NCBI GenBank assembly: GCA_964019335.1
Contig: OZ025744.1
Span: 307,709 to 371,708, forward strand
From: Diplonema japonicum
Lineage: Eukaryota; Protista; Euglenozoa: Diplonemea
DNA: 64,000 nucleotides
Direction of reading: 5' to 3'
Part shown: positions 55,900-64,000 of the stretch, piece by piece
Position numbering within the stretch: the stretch's first letter is position 1
How the letters are laid out: each line of letters starts with the position of its first letter
Position numbers and translations under genes: made by a program
Notes under the pieces: generated by a model
Databases searched by the model: none
Told to the model about the DNA's origin: nothing
The model's input: the letters and a program-made list of their open reading frames with translations, nothing else

Positions 55900-58800
55900 A
55901 TTTTAGGAGGAGGTGACTGCAGCTGCAGCCGCAGCCCACAGGAGCAAGCCCGCAGCCCACAGCATGCGCTGAGACCCACCCAACCAGGCAATCTGGTTGG
56001 GCAGTATGAATCCCCACCCCCTAGATCCCCCCACCCCCCTTTAGAAAAAAAAAATAATAAAATAAAAAAATCACTAGCAGAGACTGCGGTTTTGACCGCT
56101 GCTGCTACAACCACGGCCGCCCCAGCCGCCCTGAACACCGCAGCCGACCCTGCTGCCCTGATCGCCGCAACTGAGACCACCACAGCCGCCCCTGCTGCAG
56201 CCACGACTGCCGCGACCACGACCCCTGCAGCCGACCCTGCTATTGTTGAAGAGGGAAGAAAAGAGGGAGAAAAAAAGGGGTGGGTACTGGTGTATGGTGA
56301 ACACCCTCCCGGGTTGAGGACGGGCCTGGCCCCTGCCTTCCTGAAAGCCCTGCTTTCAGGAAAGTGGGAGGCCCTGTCTGGGAACTCAGGGAGGGAGACC
56401 CTCCAATATGGGTACCGGTGGGAGGGGACGAACGCCAAGGTGCGCCCCACCATGGGGATCCCAGGGGGGGCGGAGGGGTGGGTGAGGGAGGTGGCCGCCG
56501 CCGCAGGGCTCGAGGTGGTCCCCAACCAGGTACTTGTCAACAAGTACAAGTCTGGTTGTGGGATTGCCGCCCACAAGGACGACGCGAGGCTGGGACCGAT
56601 TGTCCTAGTCCTCTCGTACAGAGCCGAGACCACAATGGTCATGAGGAGGGGGGACAGGGTGGTGAAATACCTGGTGCCCCCCTTCTCATGGGCATTGTTG
56701 GAAGGTGAAGCGAGACACCAGTGGACGCACCACATCCCGTCCGGGATGTCCACTGGTGTCAGGGTGTCGATCACCCTGCGTGTGGTAGGCCCCAAGCTCA
56801 CCTGCACACCCCAGGAAGACCCATCCCCTGGGTTAACAGACGAACCCCCTTTTTTAGATCCCCTTTTTTGTGGGCAAGGGGGGGTGGCACTCCCAAGAGA
56901 GGATAGTGCCCCACCCGCCCCCTTTTTTTTTTTAGAACCCTCTTCGGAGGAAAACAGACCCTCTTCGGAGGAAAATAGAGAGAAAGGGGAAGAGGTGGCA
57001 CTCCCGAGAGAGGGTGGTGCTCCTCCCCCCCATTTGTCCCCCCCTTTTTCATTTTTAGAGCCCTCTCCAGAGGAACCCTCCACGGAGGTAAAAAACAGAC
57101 CCTCTTCGGAGGAAAACAGAGAGAGAGGGGAAGAGGTGGCACTCCCGAGAGAGGGTAGTGTTCCTCCCCCCCATTTGTCCCCCCCTTTTTCTTTTATAGA
57201 GCCCTCTCCAGAGGGACCCTCCACGGAGGTGAAAAACAGACCCTCTTCGGAGGAAAAAAAGGCAGAGGGAGAGACAGCACGCACGAGAGAAGGTAGTGCC
57301 CCTCCCTCTCTGCCCCCCATTTTTTCTGGACCCTCTACGGAGGTGTACACCCTGGTCCCCAAGGGCCGGGGGCTTTTTTTGAGGGTGGAAGGGAAAGAAA
57401 AAAAAAAAACAAACAAGGAGGAACCTTTTTTCTTTTCAAACAACCAGGGGGACCCAGCACCCACCCCCACCGCCCACCAAGGTGTGGTTGGGGCGGAGGC
57501 TGCGAGCGACGTGAGAGCACCACTGCACACCCTTGTGAGAAGACAGAAAAGAGCCCCCTGGATTGCCATGGGTGGCAGGGAACCTAAGCCAGCGCCCAAG
57601 CGGAAGAAGAACAGGAGGAGGCACAGGAGCGAAACGGCCCTTCAGAGGCGTCGGGAGAAGAGGACCAAGGCGAGGGAGGGGGCGAGGGAGGCTGCCAGAC
57701 AGGAGAAGAAAAGGCACCGTCGTGCGAGGAAAGAAGGGAGGAGGAGGGCCCGCAGAGAGGAACACGAGGCCGCCCTGGAACAGAAGCCAGATGACCCTGC
57801 AATGGGGCTGAAGCGGACCGAGGTGGGAACGCCTGGAGCCCAACCCCTGGCACCCAGAATCCCGGCACCTGGGGCTGCAACCGGCACAAGGAGGCACCGC
57901 AGACGGACGGGACACAGCAAGGAAGGGGTGAGATGGGAGCACCTGGGGGCGTGGGCCTGGGTCGCCCTGGTCTCCCTCTTGCTGATCCCAGGGGTGAGGC
58001 AGGTGCTGGGGGCGGGCATCGGGATGGCCCCCTCCTTCCTGCATGCGGCAGTGTTGTGGAAGAGGCCGGGGAGCGACAGGAGGACCACCCGCAGGTCAAG
58101 GGTACAGGTGGGGCCCCGAGGGGATGAATGGTCCGCCGGGGAGCTCGCTTGGCTAGCAGTAGGGGGCACTCTGGTGGGAAGCACTTCAGTTTGGATAGGG
58201 GGGCTGATGTCGCTCTGGGCCATGTCGGAAGTGATGGTGGGGAAAGCTGGTGCTGACCCGACCCAGAGATTCGGACCGGTAAAGCTGAGGAAGACAAGAC
58301 GCGGATCGAGAGGTCACTACCTGCCGGTGTACTTGGGCCCGCCTAGAAGCTCAAGACGCAGAAAAAAGAAGGAAGACGCCAAGCAAGCGGCGAAGGAACG
58401 AGCCGAGACGGAGGATAAGCTCTTTCAGGCCGAACACCTGGACCCCTTTGCGGACTTGACGCTGGCAGGGGACGCGTTGCAAGGAGGTGGTGACCCTCCC
58501 CCCATGGATTTGGATGATGAGCACACGGAGGCGCAGAAGGAGGGGGAAAAAGAAGGAACAGACAAACATCAATGCCAGATGGAAGGCTGCTCTTTCCGCA
58601 CCAGTGTGGCAAGCTGTCTAGTTAAACACCTCAATGCGGTCCACCATCATTTTGTGAAACAAGAGCAGGCGAGGAACATGAAGGTGAACCTCTGTGGAAC
58701 GTGTGCTGTGGCGTGCTCGTCGAACCAGACGCACTGTGCACTACACAGGCAGCGGAATCTGTGGAACCCCGACAAACAACCCAGGGCCGGCAAGTCAGTG

Positions 58801-61800
58801 GACGAGATCATGAAGAGCTTCAAGCTGACGAGGAGATCGACGGAGAAGGACGGGAACTGCATGTTCCACGCCCTGGCCGGTTCGCTCGGGGAAGCCTACG
58901 GGGACCACACCCACATCAGGAGCGAGGTTGTAGAATGGATGAAACACCGGGAGGAGCACTATGCCCCGTTTTGCAGCGAGGGTTGGGACCGGTACTTGGA
59001 AGGGATGGGCACAGCGGCGACGTGGGGAGACCACTTGTGCCTGGCAGCCGCAGCACAAGCGTTTGGCCGCACGATACTCGTGGTTGCTGGGGGGAACAAC
59101 CCAGTCCTGATGATAGGGGAGTACAACTCCGACCACGAGAAGGTGGTGGTGCTGGCGTACAACGGCAACCACTACGAGTATGCAGTCGGAGAGGAGGAGT
59201 CGATGATGATGCTCCTTGATGAGTCCCAATCGGTTGCTCTACAAAAGGCAGGTAAGCAACCCTCCGAGGCCCCGGGTGAGGACATCGGGGAGTGGGACAT
59301 AATAGACCGTGCGATCCCTGGGTACGGGAAGGCAGGGGTGTTGGACCAGATGGGGGCAAGGAACCAACAATTCCTGTACTGTCCGGTGGCGAACTGCGCT
59401 AGGTCGAAGTGCAAAAGCACGACCCCGTTCAACTCGACAAGGGTATGGAAGTGTCACCTGGATGGGCACCTGGAGAGTGATGAGATCCCGGAGAGCGTTC
59501 TGAGGAGACTGGACCTCGAGAGGTGCCTGGTGTGCAGGGGCTGTGTGTGGAAGGGTCAGGGGTGCCACGACGAGTGCAAAAAGGCGGTGCGAAGGGAAGG
59601 GGAATACACGACCCCCCCGCCGGCCCCGACGAGGACCGAGTTACCCAGCCTGGAAGCCATAGCCGCCATGAACGTCACGACCATGGGGTCGATCCCGACG
59701 AGCCTTCAAAGACTGTGGGGGCTTACCCTTAAGCACACTCTGGGCCGGGCGGTGAAGGACAACACAGAGGAGGCTTGGCTGCTGGTGGCGATGCTCCCCA
59801 AAGCCTGCCTGTGGAAGAAGAGGGGAGGGAAGAAGCGGGACAAGGAGACGGAGCTGAGTGTCCAGGCCAGATTGGAGGAGTGGGAGAAGGGAAATTACAT
59901 GGCCCTCTGGAATAAGCTGGAATCAGGTGAGAAGGGGGAACCTAAGAACGACGAGGTCTCTAAAGTCGCCAGGGCCACGGAACTGTGCAGCAAAGGGAGG
60001 TTCTCGGCAGGAAACGCGGCGCTTGTAGCCCAGGGGCTGGCGGAAGACAATGAGGATTGCTGGAGAGCGCTGCAGAGCAAACATCCAGAGCCACTACACC
60101 CCCAATGGGACAACCCGGCGAAGACGAAGGAAGCGGTAGAAGTCTTGCCAGAAGAAGTGCTGGACGCAATCAGGGACTTCCCGAGGGGGACTGCTGCGGG
60201 ACCGACTGGTCTGAGAGCCCAGCACATCAAGGACGCGGTGGACGGAGCTTTTGAGTCTCAAGGCTGTTTGATGTCGGTGACGAGGGCAGTCAACGCATTA
60301 GCTAGAGGCACGGCCCCTAGGGAGGTGGCTCCGCTGATGGCAGGGGCGAACCTTGTGGCCCTCAAGAAGAACGACAGGGACGTGCGGCCCATAGCCGTTG
60401 GGGATGTGCTGCGTCGGCTGGTGGGGAAATCCCTTGTGAAGAAGATCGCTCCGGAAGTGGCCTCTTCGTACCTGAAGAAAGGCGGCCAGGTGGGGGTATC
60501 GGTCCCTGCTGGAATGGAGGCGGCTATACACACCATCAGGCAGTATGTGGACAGGGAACGGGGCAACAAGCAGGAAAACAAGGTGATCCTCAAGATCGAC
60601 TACGCCAACGCCTTCAACAGTGTTTGTCGGAGGCAGCTGTGCTCACAGGCCTATGAGCAAGCGTCGGGGCTGTATGCGTGGGCCGATTGGTGCTACAGGG
60701 TGCCCTCCCAATTATACTACAACGGAAAGGTGATTAAGTCCCAGGAAGGGGTGCAACAGGGGGACCCGATGGGACCGCTGCTGTTCTCTCTGGCCATCCA
60801 ACCCCTGGTGAACAAGATAAGTGAAGACTGCAACCTGGACATCCTCCAGTTCTACCTGGACGATGGCGTCCTTGTGGGGAATGTGGATGAAGTGAGAAAG
60901 GCGTACAACATCTTGTGTGAGCTGAGCGGAATGATAGGGCTGAAAGTGAAACCCCAGAAGTGCGAGCTCATATGGGTTAGTGGCGACCTCCCCCAGACAG
61001 TGGAGGACACAGGCTTCGATGGCCTGACAGAAGAGAATTTCCACAAAGAGAGGAACTTCATGCTCCTGGGGGCGCCGATAGGATCGCCGGAGTACACGCA
61101 AGCCTTTCTGAACAAACGCTTGGACGCGCTGGAAGAGAACTTCGACATGCTGACCAAGGTGGGGAGGCAGACAGGGTACACACTTCTCCGGTATTGCAGC
61201 TCATACAGCAAACTGGTGTTTTACATGAGAGTGGTCCCAGACTCGCATGTGGGAGGGGTCATGCACAGGTTCGACGAGATGGTGCGGAAGACGATGTCGA
61301 AGGTGTGCGGCATGCAGTTCGAGAACGGGTCGAAAGAATGGCAGCAGGCGAAACTGTCCGTAAAAGTCGGTGGGCTTGGGATGAGGAGCTGCCAGGAGCA
61401 CCTGCGCGCGGCCAACATGGCTTCGAGGGCGTCGACGATGAAGCTGTGCAAGGAGCTGGATCCCAAATACGAACATGGGCTGGAAGGGGGTGTATGGGGG
61501 AGCTGGCTCGAGTGGTTCAACAGGACGAAGGGCGGCATGCAGATTACACCCGACATGGTGGCCAAGGCCCCCCACATCTGCAGCCAGAGGTGGCTCTCTA
61601 GGGTGCTTGATGAGAAGGCGCTGGAGGACCTCTTGGCGAAAGCAGATGCACGCTCGAGAGCGAGGTTGATGTCGGAGTCAATGCACTATGCGGGGGCGTG
61701 GTTGACGGCGACGCCTGACTTCTACAACCAGCTGTCGGACAACGAGTTTGGGGCTCTGATCAAGTGGTGGTTGGGGGCTCCGGTCTACAAGCAGGGTGAG

Positions 61801-63548
61801 AGCTGCCACGACCCGAGGTGCAAGACTGAGGGGATGGACGTATGGGGTGACCATGCCCAGGGATGCGGCAACGCCAGGATTGCGAGGCACGACCGGGTGA
61901 AGGAGACCATCCACAGACACTGTCAGTGGGCCGGGGTGAGCGCAACGATGGAGAAGACGGGGCTGATCCCGGGGTCGTCCCAGCGCCCGGCGGACGTGTT
62001 CTTCCCAGGTGGGGTGGGGGGTTCCCGCCCAATGGCTATGGACGTGGTCATCGTGCACCCGAGGAACGAGTCTTGTGTCAACCAGGCGGCGAAGACTGCG
62101 GGGTACGCAGCGGCGAAGGCGGAACACTACAAGCGCCAGAAGTATGAGGCGGAGCTCGCCAAGACACGCGTGGCCTTTGTACCTTTCGCGATGGAGACCT
62201 TTGGGGGGTTCGGGGAGGCAGCAGTCTACCTCACGAAGAAACTGTCCAGGAGCATAGCTGCGCGGGCTCACGGGGACAGAGTCTCGATACACAGGCGTGT
62301 GGTCCAAGAGGTGTCAACGGCCATGATGAGATCGATAGCAGGGGCGCTGTTAGTCAAAGGGCCTGTACAGTTGGATCCAGGGCCCCCGGTACCGGACGGC
62401 GAAGAGGAAAAAAAGGACAACGAGGAAGCGAACAACGAACCCAACACTGAATCCAACACTGACCTCACAGAGGACTCCTTCGGCAATGAAAAAACCACCG
62501 AAGCTGAGGAGTCGTCCGAGAGGGAAGTGAAGGGACAGGGAGGCGGACCCCCAATCACGGTGGCCCACCAGCTGGATGCCCTTCTGGAGCAGACGAAGAA
62601 GGACCTGGACGCCCGAATGCAGCAGCAGCGAAAGGCGGAACCGGTGGAGGGTGGAACACAAGGGAAAGCGGGAGCAGGACTCGAAGCAGCCTCGCCGGGA
62701 GGAGAAGACACGGAGATGGCCGGAACAGGATCCAGCGAGAGGGCTGGGCAGGGAGGGGAGCTTGACCCGAAGGCCCAGGAAGATGGGAAGAGACAAGGGG
62801 CGACTGACGCTGCGGTGAACCAGACCTTGGACCAGTGTCCTAAGGGGGATACGGAGGCCCAGAGGGACTCGAACAAGGGGGACCAGAGTGCGACAACTGC
62901 TACGAGGAAGATGACCGTGAGCGAATTCTGTAGGGAACAAGCTGCGAAGAGACAGGGCGGTGGGAGGACTCTGAAGCCGCAGGCGGATGACGCCCCCGAA
63001 GGGACCAAAGAGGGCGGGAACGCACCGAGCGGAGGCAGCCAGTCGGGGCCTGACACACCTAGGGGTGGGATCCAGACGCCGGAGGGAGATCAGCTGATGG
63101 GAGTCGGGGCACCGGAAAGGGAACAGCAGGTGGAAGTAGGGGGAGACTTCGTTCAGCTTGACCCGATTGATGTGGTGATGGGCATCCCAATTCCGAGAGC
63201 GATGGTGCCACTGAGGGCGAGGCCGGGGGACCGACTGCTCAAGTTCATCATCCAGTTCGAGGGCCGGGTGGAGATCATCCTTGAAGAAGGAACGGACCCT
63301 GGAAGGGAGAGGACTGAGGAGATGCTTCTTGCGAAGGCCGAGTCGCTGGGTGTTCCACTGGAGGTGGCTATGGCTGGCCAGATTGGTATCGCTGGACTTG
63401 GATACATGATGGTTAAGCAGTACTTCGCAAGCTTGGAAGGTGGGTCGGGCGGAGAGCGCCGCAGCCGCATTGTTGTGAGGTGCAGGAGTCGGAAACATAC
63501 CGCGAGTTCGAGTTCCCGAGGACGGTCCAGGATTTCCAGATCACGTAA
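55900..63548 (+). CDS. retrotransposon polyprotein, ~2550 codons: AlkB, 47-aa repeats, ZnF, OTU, ZnF, RT, CCHC, RLE, C-terminal extension
   Basis: Hand-translated frame +1 has no stop after TAA 55897-55899. AlkB NQVLVNKY..GIAAHKD (56572), WTH (56728), RVSITLR (56761). C2H2 CQMEGC..HLNAVH (58573). OTU DGNCMFHAL (58849), WGD, NHY (59167). RT TAAGPTG, RPIAVG, KIDYANAFN, GVQQGDPMGP, YLDD (60853), LLGAPIG, GGLG. CHDPRC..H...C, RHD, RPAD (61984), K..KY, PFAMETFG. Start codon unresolved; probable native stop TAA 63546-63548 lies in the -1 frame. Confidence 0.92.
56883..57340 (+). repeat. coding tandem repeat, 141-nt (47-aa) unit, ~3.5 degenerate copies
   Basis: EVALPREGGAPPPHLSPPFSFLEPSPEEPSTEVKNRPSSEENRERGE, units starting at 56992 and 57133 with partial flanking copies. 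Confidence 0.85.
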
Positions 63549-64000
63549 CCCGCAAACCCGCAAACCCGCAAACCCGCAAACCCGCAAACCCGCAAACCCG
63601 CAAAACCCGCAAACCCGCAAACCCGCAAACCCGCAAACCCGCAAACCCGCAAACCCGCAAACCCGCAAACCCGCAAACCCGCAAACCCGCAAACCCGCAA
63701 ACCCGCAAACCCGCAAACCCGCAAACCCGCAAACCCGCAAACCCGCAAACCCGCAAACCCGCAAACCCGCAAACCCGCAAACCCGCAAACCCGCAAACCC
63801 GCAAACCCGCAAACCCGCAAACCCGCAAACCCGCAAACCCGCAAACCCGCAAACCCGCAAACCCGCAAACCCGCAAACCCGCAAACCCGCAAACCCGCAA
63901 ACCCGCAAACCCGCAAACCCGCAAACCCGCAAACCCGCAAACCCGCAAACCCGCAAACCCGCAAACCCGCAAACCCGCAAACCCGCAAACCCGCAAACCC
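63549..64000 (+). repeat. (CCCGCAAA)n / (TTTGCGGG)n telomere-like array, at least 56 units, runs off the window
   Basis: Perfect 8-mer repeat except for one extra A near 63602. Confidence 0.98.

Larger units (their letters stand above)
55681..64000 (+). mobile_element. non-LTR retrotransposon, RLE type (CRE/SLACS/CZAR-like)
   Basis: T-rich 5' region, a single long ORF with RT and C-terminal restriction-like endonuclease, and a 3' simple-repeat tail. Confidence 0.93.

Noticed and set aside
55896-57599. 567-aa minus-strand ORF and other long antisense ORFs (48142-49545, 21034-22227, 16496-17356, 11473-12774)
   Set aside because: They mirror real genes on the opposite strand and show no motifs of their own.
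63153-63996. Minus-strand ORFs of (RVCGFAGL)n
   Set aside because: Translation artefact of the stop-free 8-bp repeat.
63549-64000. Ordinary right-hand chromosome telomere
   Set aside because: The strand running 5'-3' to the right is C-rich, the reverse of normal telomere polarity. The unit is not TTAGGG, and the window edge need not be a contig end.

Overview
Eukaryotic nuclear DNA, almost certainly Euglenozoa and most likely a diplonemid (inference from a paraflagellar-rod-like gene, a fully co-oriented gene cluster, short GT-AG cis-introns and a ubiquitin-like+LRR gene). From about 3 to 50.4 kb every host gene is on the minus strand, as in a polycistronic unit. Products include a CDP-alcohol phosphotransferase, HGSNAT, an M16 peptidase-like protein, a PFR-like protein, an O-fucosyltransferase-like protein, a pseudo-nicotinamidase/macrodomain fusion, MNS1, an acid ceramidase, PEDS1/TMEM189 and a receptor cyclase-like protein. 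A near-perfect 3339-bp tandem array holds 4 cathepsin L and 3 questin-oxidase-like genes. The cis-introns are tiny (36-79 nt), mostly near gene 3' ends, and most carry a poly(A) tract where a polypyrimidine tract is expected. The 50.8-55.7 kb zone is repeat-rich and shows systematic CpG to TpG/CpA decay. The last 8.1 kb hold a plus-strand ORF of about 2550 codons that the ORF track misses because it runs off the window. It is a CRE/SLACS-like non-LTR retrotransposon encoding AlkB dioxygenase, Zn fingers, OTU protease, reverse transcriptase and a restriction-like endonuclease. It ends in a telomere-like (CCCGCAAA)n array of at least 56 units and sits directly behind the 3' remnant of a related element ending in the same repeat. 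All calls come from manual reading; no searches were run.
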